53,616 bases of DNA, from NCBI GenBank assembly GCA_016201765.1, contig JACQCE010000048.1, positions 1-53,616 of the forward strand. Direction: 5' to 3'. A model generated the notes under the pieces. That model had not been told where the DNA came from. It did not search any database and saw only the letters and a program-made list of their open reading frames with translations. Shown one piece after another: positions 18,873 to 27,770 of this stretch. Within the stretch, counting starts at the first letter, position 1; each line of letters starts with the position of its first letter. This DNA comes from Nitrospirota bacterium (lineage in GTDB: Bacteria; Nitrospirota; Nitrospiria; JACQCE01). A program made the position numbers and the translations under genes.

Positions 18873-20687
18873 ATGGATGAGCCAAAGAGCGCAGGGCGCG
18901 TGATTGGAGCCGGCCCGGAGCGGCCGGCCGGCCGGCGACGCCGGCTGGGCGAGTGGCTCGTCTCGTTGCGGTTCGTGAGTCAGGAACAGCTGGAGGCGGC
19001 GGTCCATTCCCGGAAGGGTGAGTCGGGCGCGGGAACGTCAACCGCGGGCGCCCCGCATGCCGATGACATGCGGTTGGGCGAGCGCCTGGTCAAGCAGGGG
19101 GTCTTGACCGAGGAGCAGCTCGCCCAGGCGCTGGCGCAGCAGGCGCGCCTGGCCTACCAGCCGCTCGATCAACACCGGTTCAATCCGGCCGACTATCAAT
19201 GGATCCCCGTGGAATTGATGTACCGCTATCCGTTCGTGCCGTACGAGGCCTCGGAGGGGAGCGTGACGATCGTGGTGAGCGATCCCACCAATGTGCAGGC
19301 GCTCGATGAGCTGGAATTGCTGTTGAAGCGGCAGGTGCGGCTCATGGTGTCGACCCGCACCGCCATTCTGGACGTGCTCAAACGCAGCGAAAGCACGACC
19401 CAGGTCCTCAAGAAAGTCGGCGCCGACATGGGCACGGTGCTGATCAAGGAGGATGAAGCCGGCGACGAGATCCTCTCCGTCGAAAAGATCACCAAGGACA
19501 CCAGCCCGGTGATCCGGCTGGTCGATTCCATGCTGCTCAATGCGTTGCAGCGGCGGGCCAGCGACATTCACGTCGAGGCGACGGACCGGTCGGTGATGGT
19601 CAAGTACCGGATCGACGGCGTGCTCTATCCGGCGATGGCCCCCCTGGACGTGCAGCTGCTGCCCGCGCTCATCTCCCGCATCAAGGTCATGTCCGATCTG
19701 GACATTGCGGAGAAACGGGTTCCGCAGGACGGCCGGTTCAAACTGCGGCTCGATGGCCGCAAGATCGATTTTCGCGTCTCCATCCTGCCCAGCATCTTCG
19801 GCGAGGACGTGGTCATCCGCATCCTGGACAAGGAGTACATTACGGCGGGCGTCAATGAGCTGCGGCTGGACCGGCTGGGGTTCAATCCGGAGGATCTTCG
19901 CCGCTTTCGCCGGGCGATTGTGGAGCCGTACGGGATGGTGCTGGTCACGGGGCCGACCGGCAGCGGGAAGACGACCACGCTCTACGCCGCGATCAGCGAG
20001 ATCAACAACAAGGAGGACAAGCTCATCACGATCGAGGATCCGGTCGAGTATCAGCTGGACGGCGTGGTGCAGATTCCGGTCAACGAGAAAAAGGGGCTGA
20101 CGTTTGCGCGGGGGCTGCGGTCGATTCTCCGCCACGATCCCGACAAAATCATGGTGGGTGAAATTCGCGATGCGGAAACGGCGCAAATCGCCATTCAGTC
20201 CGCCTTGACGGGCCACCTGGTCTTCACGACGGTGCACGCCAACAACGCGTTTGACGTCATCGGGCGTTTCGTCAACATGGGGATTGAGCCCTACAACTTC
20301 GTCTCCTCGCTCAATTGCATTCTCGCCCAACGGCTGGTGCGGGCCATCTGTCTGAGTTGCCGGGAGCCGGCGACCATCGACCCGGTGCACTGTGATGAAG
20401 CGGGGCTGACCCCTGTGATGCTCAAGACGGCGACACTGTTCCAGGGCCGCGGTTGCCACGCGTGCAACGGCACCGGCTTCCAGGGACGGCGGGCCATTAC
20501 GGAGTTTCTTCATTTAAGCGATACGGTTCGCGAACTGATTCTGGCCCGGCGCCCCTCGTCCGAGTTGCGCAAGCAGGCGATTGCTGAAGGGATGACGACG
20601 TTGCGTCAGGCGGGGGTCGAAAAGGTGTTGCGCGGGGAGACCACTCTGCGGGAAATCAATCGCGTGACCTTCATCGAGCCGCTGTGA
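18873..20687 (+). CDS. GspE/PilB-family assembly ATPase, copy 1
   Basis: ASDIHVE, EKRVPQDGRF, GPTGSGKTT, TIEDPVEY, LRHDPDKIMVGEIRD, CxxC..CxxC; N-terminal MshEN-like motifs. Confidence 0.95.
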   Translation: MDEPKSAGRVIGAGPERPAGRRRRLGEWLVSLRFVSQEQLEAAVHSRKGESGAGTSTAGAPHADDMRLGERLVKQGVLTEEQLAQALAQQARLAYQPLDQHRFNPADYQWIPVELMYRYPFVPYEASEGSVTIVVSDPTNVQALDELELLLKRQVRLMVSTRTAILDVLKRSESTTQVLKKVGADMGTVLIKEDEAGDEILSVEKITKDTSPVIRLVDSMLLNALQRRASDIHVEATDRSVMVKYRIDGVLYPAMAPLDVQLLPALISRIKVMSDLDIAEKRVPQDGRFKLRLDGRKIDFRVSILPSIFGEDVVIRILDKEYITAGVNELRLDRLGFNPEDLRRFRRAIVEPYGMVLVTGPTGSGKTTTLYAAISEINNKEDKLITIEDPVEYQLDGVVQIPVNEKKGLTFARGLRSILRHDPDKIMVGEIRDAETAQIAIQSALTGHLVFTTVHANNAFDVIGRFVNMGIEPYNFVSSLNCILAQRLVRAICLSCREPATIDPVHCDEAGLTPVMLKTATLFQGRGCHACNGTGFQGRRAITEFLHLSDTVRELILARRPSSELRKQAIAEGMTTLRQAGVEKVLRGETTLREINRVTFIEPL

Positions 20688-20701
20688 TGGCCTTCCTTTA
20701 C

Positions 20702-20791
20702 TTCGAGCAACTGCGAGATGTGATGTCCGATTCCAGTTCCATGAATTTCGAACAAACGTGAGAAGTAATGTCCGATTCTAGTTTCATCAAC
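20702..20791 (+). repeat. Imperfect 45-bp tandem duplication spanning the start of the PilM-like gene
   Basis: TTCGAGCAACTGCGAGATGTGATGTCCGATTCCAGTTCCATGAAT vs TTCGAACAAACGTGAGAAGTAATGTCCGATTCTAGTTTCATCAAC. Confidence 0.8.
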
Positions 20792-21871
20792 GTGTCGGCG
20801 CGCGCCTCGAGCTGGACGGACCGGTGGTGGTCCGTCGCGCCGGACGTCGGCATCTACATCGGGGCCGGGTGCGTCTCGACCGCCGCCGTCACGCCGTCGG
20901 CCCAGCGGCCCCGTCTCCTGGCCTCGCATGTGGACGTGTTGCCCGAAGGGGTCGTGGCGCCGTCGCCCGTTGAATCGAATATCCGTCGGCCCGACGTGAT
21001 CATCGAACACCTGAAACCCGCCGTCCGCCGGCTGAAGGGGCGTGAAACCGCCATCAGCCTTCCGGACGCCTCGGTGCGGGTGACCATTTTGGAACTGGCC
21101 CATGTGCCGGTCAAACGGGAGGAACGGGAGGCGTTGTTCCAACACCACCTGGAACAGTTGTTCCTCACCCCCCTGGGGTCCTGCCGGTTTGCCTCGCAGC
21201 GGTTGACCGCGGGAGACGGGGGCAAACACCGGGTGCTGGTTGCCGCCATTCGCAAGGAGATTCTGGCGGAGTACGAGGCCGTGGTCCGCGCGGTGGGGCT
21301 CCGGCCCTCGATGGTGGATCTGTCGGCGTTTCGTCTGTTCAATCTTTATGAGTCAGGGATTCGCGCGTTATTTCAGCCGGGCCGGCCTGGATCTGCGGAG
21401 CCGCGCCTGCTGTTCTTGAATCTGTTCGACCGGAATTTTACGATGATCATGGCGGACCGGAGCGGCCCGCGGCTCATCCGCATCAAGGCGTTCCCCGCCG
21501 CGATGGATCAGGCCGACTGGCTGGCGCGCGTGCTGGTGGAAATCGACGCCTCATTGCGAGCCTCCGATGCGACCTCGGCCCTGGAGGAACGATCGATTGA
21601 GCGGTTGCTTGTGTTCAGCGACCGGCCGTTGGACGAGTTTGAGCGACGGGTGCGCGAGGACTTCCATGTCGGAATCGATCGACTGCAGGCCGACGCCTCA
21701 GGGCTCCGTGCCGGCGGCCTGGCGCCGGAAACGGACGGGCCGGCGGCGAACGGCGAGGCCGGCCCACCCGTCCACGGACACGATCATGCGGTGACCATGG
21801 CGCTGGCCGCCGTCGGCTGGAGGGTTCAAGCCGGGATCGGTTCCAAGGCGTCCCCCGGGGTCATGACATGA
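20768..21871 (+). CDS. PilM-like alignment protein, copy 1 (divergent)
   Basis: VGIYIG, LPEGVVAPSPVESNI, ISLPD, VLVAAIRKEILAEYE..GLRPSMVD; position after the ATPase. Confidence 0.7.
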   Translation: MSDSSFINVSARASSWTDRWWSVAPDVGIYIGAGCVSTAAVTPSAQRPRLLASHVDVLPEGVVAPSPVESNIRRPDVIIEHLKPAVRRLKGRETAISLPDASVRVTILELAHVPVKREEREALFQHHLEQLFLTPLGSCRFASQRLTAGDGGKHRVLVAAIRKEILAEYEAVVRAVGLRPSMVDLSAFRLFNLYESGIRALFQPGRPGSAEPRLLFLNLFDRNFTMIMADRSGPRLIRIKAFPAAMDQADWLARVLVEIDASLRASDATSALEERSIERLLVFSDRPLDEFERRVREDFHVGIDRLQADASGLRAGGLAPETDGPAANGEAGPPVHGHDHAVTMALAAVGWRVQAGIGSKASPGVMT

Positions 21872-22404
21872 TGTTCACGGTGAATCTCGCCTCCGAACCG
21901 GTCGCCCTGCTCAAGCGGATACGGCTCGGACTGATTGGTCTGGCGATTCTCTTGTTGTTGGGCATGGTTGCGATGACGGCGATCGGTCTGGCCGAGCGGC
22001 GCGCATTGGAGATGGAGACGAGCCGGGTCGCCCAGTTGTCCGCCCAGCGCTCGGAGGTGGAGGCGAAGTTGCGCAAGGAGGGATTGGTGCTGACCGACGC
22101 CAGTCGAACGGCCATCAGCGCGCAAGTGACGGTGGCCAACCAGATGATCGCTCAACGGCTGTTTTCCTGGTCGACGCTTCTGCTCCAGCTTGAACGGGCG
22201 ACGCCCGGCGGCGTGTCGCTGACCAGTGTACAGCCCCAGCCGGCGGCCGGTTTGACGTTGAAAGGGGAGGCGCTGGCGTTGGAGCGGTTGACCGCGTTTG
22301 TCGGGAAGCTCCAGGAGACCCGCCCCTTTCACGATGTGTTCCTGACCGATCAACGGGGACAGCAGGATGGCACGGTGGGGTTTACGCTCAATGTCCGCTA
22401 CTGA
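21868..22404 (+). CDS. PilN-like protein, copy 1
   Basis: VNLASEP, TM, coiled coil, WSTLLLQLERATPGGVSLTSV, F.DV.L. Confidence 0.8.
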   Translation: MMFTVNLASEPVALLKRIRLGLIGLAILLLLGMVAMTAIGLAERRALEMETSRVAQLSAQRSEVEAKLRKEGLVLTDASRTAISAQVTVANQMIAQRLFSWSTLLLQLERATPGGVSLTSVQPQPAAGLTLKGEALALERLTAFVGKLQETRPFHDVFLTDQRGQQDGTVGFTLNVRY

Positions 22405-22963
22405 CGCGCTCAAGCCGGCGACGCCGGCGGTGCTGGCCGCCCCGGGGTTGTGGGGGGGGCGGCTCGCCGGATTTAAAGGCCCGTTACTCGTAATCATGCT
22501 GTTGCTCGGACTGCAGGCGGCGCTCTATCTCTGGTGGATGGCTCCCACGTCGGCGGCGCTTGCGGCGCAGGAAATCCGGAGCCGAGAGATCCGCACACAG
22601 ATCCAGGCGCTCTTCCTCTATCAGGATCAGCACCGCCGCCTGGACGCGTTGACCAAACGATTCCCCTCGAAAAAACTCCTGCCCAAGACCATCGGCCGCC
22701 TGTCGTCGATCGGACAGCGGGTGGGCGTCGCCATCCCGGAGATGAATTTCGTGCCGGCCAAAATCGCCAGCCCGAACTGGGCCAAGGTCATCCTCCAATT
22801 CAACGCCCGGGGATCCTACGCGAGCGTGCGCCGGCTATTGGCGGCGCTGGAAGGCGGGGCCGAGCCGTTTGTGATCGAATCGATCGACCTGCAAAAGGAT
22901 CGATTGAGCGGGCAGGTGATCGCCAAACTGTCCGTCGGCGTCTATGCGAGGGACGACGAGTAA
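22391..22963 (+). CDS. PilO/GspM-like protein, copy 1
   Basis: TM, coiled coil, GSYASVRRLLAALE ferredoxin-like core; ATG overlaps pilN end. Confidence 0.75.
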   Translation: MSATDALKPATPAVLAAPGLWGGRLAGFKGPLLVIMLLLGLQAALYLWWMAPTSAALAAQEIRSREIRTQIQALFLYQDQHRRLDALTKRFPSKKLLPKTIGRLSSIGQRVGVAIPEMNFVPAKIASPNWAKVILQFNARGSYASVRRLLAALEGGAEPFVIESIDLQKDRLSGQVIAKLSVGVYARDDE

Positions 22964-23532
22964 TGGATCGGAAGGTCTGGCTCCTGGCGGGGTTGTTGCT
23001 GGCCTGGATCGGCGCGGTCGGTTATGCCTGGTCCATCTGGCCGGAGGACCGTCGGGTGCCGTTGAAATACGCCAAAGGGCAGCCCCCGGCGGCCTCGGTC
23101 GTGCGGCAAGGCGAAGGGAAAATGCTGGCGACCGGGTCGGATGCGATTGTCCACACGGAACGACTTGCGGATCGCCCTCCTCCCCCGACCGAAATCGCGA
23201 GGGATCTGTTCATGCCGGTCGAAAGTTTTCGTCCCAAGCCGCCCCCGCCCCCGCCGCCCCCGCCGCCCCCCCCGCCGCCTCCGCCGCCGTCGGCTGAAGA
23301 ACTGGCCGCCATGAAAGCCAGGCAGGAATTGGGGCAGTTTCGCTATGTGGGCTATCTGGACAAGGGCGGGGGAAGGGGACAGGCCTTTTTGTCCCGCAGC
23401 GGCGAGTCGATGACGGTGCGCGCGGGGGAAACGGTCCAGGGCCACTTCTATGTCAAAGCCATCTCGCCGACCCAGGTGGTGATCGTGGAAATGGGCACCA
23501 AGCTCGAGGTCACGCTGGCCCTCTCGCAATAA
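22963..23532 (+). CDS. PilP/GspC-like protein with 17-Pro tract
   Basis: TAATG coupling; TM, RDLF, poly-Pro, FRYVGY..AFL..VRAGETV beta domain. Confidence 0.65.
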   Translation: MDRKVWLLAGLLLAWIGAVGYAWSIWPEDRRVPLKYAKGQPPAASVVRQGEGKMLATGSDAIVHTERLADRPPPPTEIARDLFMPVESFRPKPPPPPPPPPPPPPPPPPSAEELAAMKARQELGQFRYVGYLDKGGGRGQAFLSRSGESMTVRAGETVQGHFYVKAISPTQVVIVEMGTKLEVTLALSQ

Positions 23533-23571
23533 GCATTTCCCTCCCGGCCGCCAGGCCGCGATCATCTGCTT

Positions 23572-23610
23572 TTGACAGAAACCCCTTCCACGGCTATCTT
23601 TACCAATAGG
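23572..23610 (+). promoter_or_regulatory. Sigma70-type promoter for second ATPase operon
   Basis: TTGACA-N17-TATCTT followed by TACCAATAGG. Confidence 0.7.
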
Positions 23611-23662
23611 TGCGAGATACCGGCGGACAGAGCGTCCGGCCGGCGCCTTCATTGCCACCATC

Positions 23663-25474
23663 ATGACGACCCCTTCACTGAAACGGCGCAAGCTCGGCGA
23701 ACTGCTGATCGCCGACGGACAGTTGACCGAGGAACAACTCAATCAGGCCCTGGCCTATCAGCACCGGCACGGCGGGCGTCTGGGCGCCATTTTGCTGAAA
23801 ATGGGCTTCGTCACCGAAGAGGCCATGATCAAGATGCTGGGCTCCCAGATGGGCATTGCGCACATCGAGCCGTCCGATATCGTCATCGAGCAATCCGTCA
23901 TCAAGCTGGTTCCGGAGCAGATGGCCCGCCGCTATCAGGTGTTGCCGGTGGCCAGGAAGGAGCGCGTGATCACGCTGGCCATGGCCGATCCGCTCAATGT
24001 GTTTGCCATTGATGCGGTCCGCCAGGCCACCGGTCTCGATGTGCAGCCGGTGGTCAGCCGGGAGCAGGAGGTGCTGAAAGCGATCAACCGCTACTACAGC
24101 ATCACCTCCTCCATGGAGCGCGTGGTCAAAACCCTCGACGATCAGCGCACGGGCCAGGACCGGAGGAGCCAGAGCGATCGACGGTCAGAGACGAGTTTGG
24201 ACGAATCATACCAGGTGGACGAACTGGGCGACATGACCCTCATCCGGGAACTGCGCTCGGTGGTCGGCGAACTCAAAGCCGAGGATGCCCCGGTCATCAA
24301 ATTCGTCAATATGATGATCGCCCAAGCCGTCCGGGAAGGGACGAGCGACATCCACCTGGAACCGGATTCGGATGTGCTCCGGATCCGCTATCGCGTGGAC
24401 GGTCTGCTCCGTGAAGTGTTGACCTCGCCGCGCCACCTGCAGGCCGGCGTCACCTCCCGCATCAAGATCATGGCGAACATCGACATTGCGGAGAAGCGCA
24501 TTCCGCAGGACGGCGCCATCCAGATCAAGGTCGGCAAAAAGGACCTGGATATTCGCGTGTCGACCCTGCCGACGGTCTTCGGCGAAAAGGTCGTCATGCG
24601 GTTGCTGGACAAGAGCAACGTCCTGCTCGGCCTGGAGGAGTCCGGGATGGCGGAACGGCACGTCGTCCCCTTTCGCAAGCTGATCCGGCGGCCGTATGGA
24701 TTGATCCTGGTCACGGGCCCGACCGGCAGCGGGAAGTCGACCACGCTCTACGGATCGCTGCAGGAGATCAACTCCATCGACAAGAACATCGTCACCGTCG
24801 AGGACCCGGTGGAATATCAGCTCAAGATCATCAACCAGGTGCAGGTCAATTCGAAAGCGGGTGTGACGTTCGCCAGCGGCCTCCGGTCGATCCTCCGGCA
24901 GGATCCCGACGTCATCATGATCGGCGAAATCCGCGACAAGGAAACGGCGACCATCGCCATCCAGGCCGCGCTGACCGGCCATCTGGTTTTTTCGACGCTG
25001 CATACGAACGATGCGCCCACCGCCGCCACCCGGCTGATTGACATGGGCGTGGAACCCTTTTTGATCGCCTCGACGCTGTCCGGCGTGGTCGCCCAGCGGC
25101 TGGTCCGTCGGGTCTGTCAGCGGTGCAAGTCGCCCTACGAGCCGCAGGCCGATCTGCTGAAAAACTTGAATCTCAACGGGGCCCAGCCGTCGAGTCTCAA
25201 CGGCGCGCAAGCGGGGGAGACGTTTATGCACGGCAAGGGGTGTCAGGAGTGCCGTCAGACCGGCTACGCGGGCCGGATGGGGATTTACGAGCTGTTGATC
25301 CTGGATGACGCCCTCCGCACCCAGATCATTGCCCGGGCCACGGCCAGGGAGATTCAGATCCAGGCGAAGAAGTCGGGTTTTATGACCCTTCGAGAGGATG
25401 GGCTGCTCAAAGCGGCTCATGGCCGGACCACGCTTGAAGAAGTCCTGCGGGTCACGCAGGAAATAGAGGAATAG
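23663..25474 (+). CDS. PilB/MshE-family assembly ATPase with tandem MshEN motifs, copy 2
   Basis: KLGELLIADGQLTEEQLNQALAYQ-5aa-RLGAILLKMGFVTEEAMIKMLGSQ; GPTGSGKST, LRQDPDVIMIGEIRD, TGHLVFSTLHTN, Zn Cys motifs. Confidence 0.95.
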   Translation: MTTPSLKRRKLGELLIADGQLTEEQLNQALAYQHRHGGRLGAILLKMGFVTEEAMIKMLGSQMGIAHIEPSDIVIEQSVIKLVPEQMARRYQVLPVARKERVITLAMADPLNVFAIDAVRQATGLDVQPVVSREQEVLKAINRYYSITSSMERVVKTLDDQRTGQDRRSQSDRRSETSLDESYQVDELGDMTLIRELRSVVGELKAEDAPVIKFVNMMIAQAVREGTSDIHLEPDSDVLRIRYRVDGLLREVLTSPRHLQAGVTSRIKIMANIDIAEKRIPQDGAIQIKVGKKDLDIRVSTLPTVFGEKVVMRLLDKSNVLLGLEESGMAERHVVPFRKLIRRPYGLILVTGPTGSGKSTTLYGSLQEINSIDKNIVTVEDPVEYQLKIINQVQVNSKAGVTFASGLRSILRQDPDVIMIGEIRDKETATIAIQAALTGHLVFSTLHTNDAPTAATRLIDMGVEPFLIASTLSGVVAQRLVRRVCQRCKSPYEPQADLLKNLNLNGAQPSSLNGAQAGETFMHGKGCQECRQTGYAGRMGIYELLILDDALRTQIIARATAREIQIQAKKSGFMTLREDGLLKAAHGRTTLEEVLRVTQEIEE

Positions 25475-25565
25475 GGTCAAGAGGCATGGGGCAAGGGGCA
25501 AGAGAAAAGAGAACAGGGAAGTGTCCCGGACCCTTGACCCCCTGACCCCTGACCCTGGACCCTCT
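25473..25565. repeat. Heptamer-type repeats in inverted arrangement
   Basis: AGGGTCAA/GGGGCAA/GGGGCAA followed by complementary-type CCTTGAC/CCCTGAC/CCCTGAC/CCTGGAC units. Confidence 0.7.
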
Positions 25566-25575
25566 TGGTGTGCAT

Positions 25576-26805
25576 ATGCCGGTGTTTGAATACAAAGCCC
25601 GGGATCGCGGGGGACGGTTGCTGAGCGGATCGTTTGAAAGCGGCAGCCGCGACGCGGTGGCCGAGCAATTGGAGGCCCAGGGCTGCTGGCCTGTCTCGAT
25701 CGCGGAGAAGAAGGATGACCTGCTGACGTCCGATCTCTCCGGGTTTCTCGCGCGGTTCCAGACAGTGACCGAGAATGACCGCCTCTTTTTCACGCGTCAA
25801 CTCCACAGCCTGCTCTCCGCCGGCGTGCCTTTTTCCGGCAGCTTCAGCGCGCTGATCACCCAGACGGAGAATCCCAAGTTGAAAGTGCTGCTGGGCCAGG
25901 TCCAGCGCGATGTGGAAGGGGGCCTGTCGTTTTCCCAGGCGCTGGAAAGGCACTCGGATGTGTTTGACGGGCTCTACATCAGCATGATCGGCGCGGGCGA
26001 GCAGGCCGGCGTCCTGGACACCATCCTCGAGCGGCTGGTGCAGATCGGCGAGCACGAGCAGGAGACGCGGCAACGGATCAAGGCGGCCACCCGTTATCCA
26101 AAGATCGTCATCAGCGGCATGGTGCTGGCGTTTGTGATTTTGATGATCTTTGTCGTCCCGACCTTCGCCAAAATGTACGGCGGCGCCAAGGTGTCGTTGC
26201 CTCTCCCCACGCGGATCATGATCGGCACCAACAATCTGTTCATGGGCTACTGGTGGCTGATGCTGGCGGCGGCGGGGGGCGGCTGGTATACGCTGAAACG
26301 GGTGCTTGCCACGCCGATCGGCCGGGAGCGATGGGACGGCTGGAAATTGCGGATTCCGCTCTTCGGGCCCATCTTTCTCAAATCGGCGCTCTCCCGTTTT
26401 GCGCTGATCTTCGCCATTCTGAGCCGCAGCGGTCTGCCGGTGCTGCAGATCCTCGACGTCGTCTCGAAAACCGTCGGCAACACCGTCCTGTCCAAACTCA
26501 TCGTGGGCATTTCGGACGCGGTGAAGGAAGGGGCCAACCTGTCCAACCCCATGAAAGAGGCCAAATTGTTCCCTCCGGTGGTGCTGCAGATGGTGGCGGT
26601 GGGCGAGGAAACCGGCCAGTTGGACAAGATGTTGATGAACGTCTCCCACTATTATGACCGGGAGGTCGATTACTCGCTCAAAACGTTGTCCTCCGCGCTG
26701 GAGCCGATTCTGCTGCTGGTGATCGGCACCATGGTCCTGCTGCTGGCGCTGGCGATCTTCATGCCGTGGTGGGACATGATGAAGGTCTTCAAGGGTGGAA
26801 GCTGA
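25576..26805 (+). CDS. GspF/PilC/MshG-family platform protein, copy 2
   Basis: MPVFEYKARD, FTRQLHSLLSAGVP, GEQAGVL, ATRYP, GEETGQLD, LEP..AIFMPWW (MshG-like ending). Confidence 0.93.
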   Translation: MPVFEYKARDRGGRLLSGSFESGSRDAVAEQLEAQGCWPVSIAEKKDDLLTSDLSGFLARFQTVTENDRLFFTRQLHSLLSAGVPFSGSFSALITQTENPKLKVLLGQVQRDVEGGLSFSQALERHSDVFDGLYISMIGAGEQAGVLDTILERLVQIGEHEQETRQRIKAATRYPKIVISGMVLAFVILMIFVVPTFAKMYGGAKVSLPLPTRIMIGTNNLFMGYWWLMLAAAGGGWYTLKRVLATPIGRERWDGWKLRIPLFGPIFLKSALSRFALIFAILSRSGLPVLQILDVVSKTVGNTVLSKLIVGISDAVKEGANLSNPMKEAKLFPPVVLQMVAVGEETGQLDKMLMNVSHYYDREVDYSLKTLSSALEPILLLVIGTMVLLLALAIFMPWWDMMKVFKGGS

Positions 26806-26923
26806 ACCGTGAAGCGCGGCGCGCCGCATGTGCCCCACGGATGCCCGGGGGAGGAGCGGGCGTCGCCCCCAACTATAAAAGGGGGTGGTGGGTCAGTTTT
26901 CTGCTGCCCGCATGTGTGGCGTC

Positions 26924-27010
26924 AAAAATAGGGACACGTCCCAATTGTTCCAGAGTGAGTCACACACAGGCGGCAGGAACTCACCACAATTGGGACGTGT
27001 CCCTATTTTT
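26924..27010. repeat. Perfect 25-bp inverted repeat (REP/REPIN- or MITE-like)
   Basis: AAAAATAGGGACACGTCCCAATTGT (26924-48) and exact reverse complement (26986-27010); each arm holds palindrome GGGAC-AC-GTCCC. Confidence 0.9.
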
Positions 27011-27047
27011 CGGGTGAAACTGACCCAGTGCCAAAAAAGGGGGGGAT

Positions 27048-27082
27048 TTGACGGATTGGCCGACCTCGGCTATCTTTACCAT
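27048..27082 (+). promoter_or_regulatory. Sigma70-type promoter for major pilin
   Basis: TTGACG-N17-TATCTT followed by TACCA; strong SD AGGGAGGA before ATG 27179. Confidence 0.7.
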
Positions 27083-27178
27083 TTGGCGGCTGCGAATGCG
27101 GCCACGGCACGGCGCAACACAACCAACGATCTCGCGTCGCGGACGATCCTCGCGGGGCGGAAAGGGAGGAGCAGAATC

Positions 27179-27700
27179 ATGAAGCGGATGTCCAATTCTC
27201 AAGGGTTCACCCTGATCGAACTGATCATGGTGGTGGTGATCCTCGGTATTCTGGCTGCGGTGGCCATTCCGCGGTTCATTAATTTGCAGACGGATGCGCA
27301 GCGGGCGGCCGAAAAGGGCATGGCCGGCGGCGTGCGGGCGGGCATTTCGATCGTCCGGGCGGCGTTTCTTGTCGGCGGCACAACGGCAGGCACCGCGTCG
27401 CCGGCATCAAATCAGCTTGGTTGGCCGGCCAGACTGGATAATGCGGCGGCGACCACGTTTGCCGCCAATGGCAATCAGGGACAGGTCGGGCTGTTCTCCT
27501 ATGTGGTGGAGACGGGAACGACCTCATCCGACAACTGGGTGCAAACCACAGCTCCAGCCGGTGGGCCCTATACCTATGTCGGACCATTCGGCAATGTCGC
27601 GGGAGCCGCAGCTGCCACATGGACCTATACACCGGCGGCGGTGGTTGCTGGTGTCAACGTTGCGGCCACGTTCAATTGCACCGGGACGAACTGTCCGTAG
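27179..27700 (+). CDS. Major type IV pilin, MshA-like
   Basis: Short leader MKRMSNSQG/FTLIEL with E5, AIPRFINLQTDAQ resembling MshA, C-terminal Cys pair; own promoter and SD. Confidence 0.85.
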   Translation: MKRMSNSQGFTLIELIMVVVILGILAAVAIPRFINLQTDAQRAAEKGMAGGVRAGISIVRAAFLVGGTTAGTASPASNQLGWPARLDNAAATTFAANGNQGQVGLFSYVVETGTTSSDNWVQTTAPAGGPYTYVGPFGNVAGAAAATWTYTPAAVVAGVNVAATFNCTGTNCP

Positions 27701-27770
27701 CTTGTTGAAGGAGAAATGGCCGGAGAGTGAGATGGCCGGCTGTGTTTGACAGCAGTGGCGATTGACCGTG

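Noticed and set aside
20702-20791. Possible CRISPR array (also considered 2912-2965)
   Set aside because: Tandem duplications without unique spacers; no cas genes.
22452-22459. G8/C8 homopolymers (also 14457, 33411, 35713) as phase-variation tracts
   Set aside because: Short for a GC-rich genome and all frames are intact at these sites.
23641-23655. CGGCGCC-TTCA-TTGC as a sigma54 promoter
   Set aside because: Start site would fall at or after the ATG; a better sigma70 promoter lies upstream.
26885-27178. 98-aa 5' extension of the major pilin
   Set aside because: Runs through the inverted repeat and promoter; strong SD precedes ATG 27179.
27179-27700. Geobacter-type short conductive e-pilin
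   Set aside because: Full-length ~164-aa mature pilin with a globular domain; no cytochrome genes in the window.
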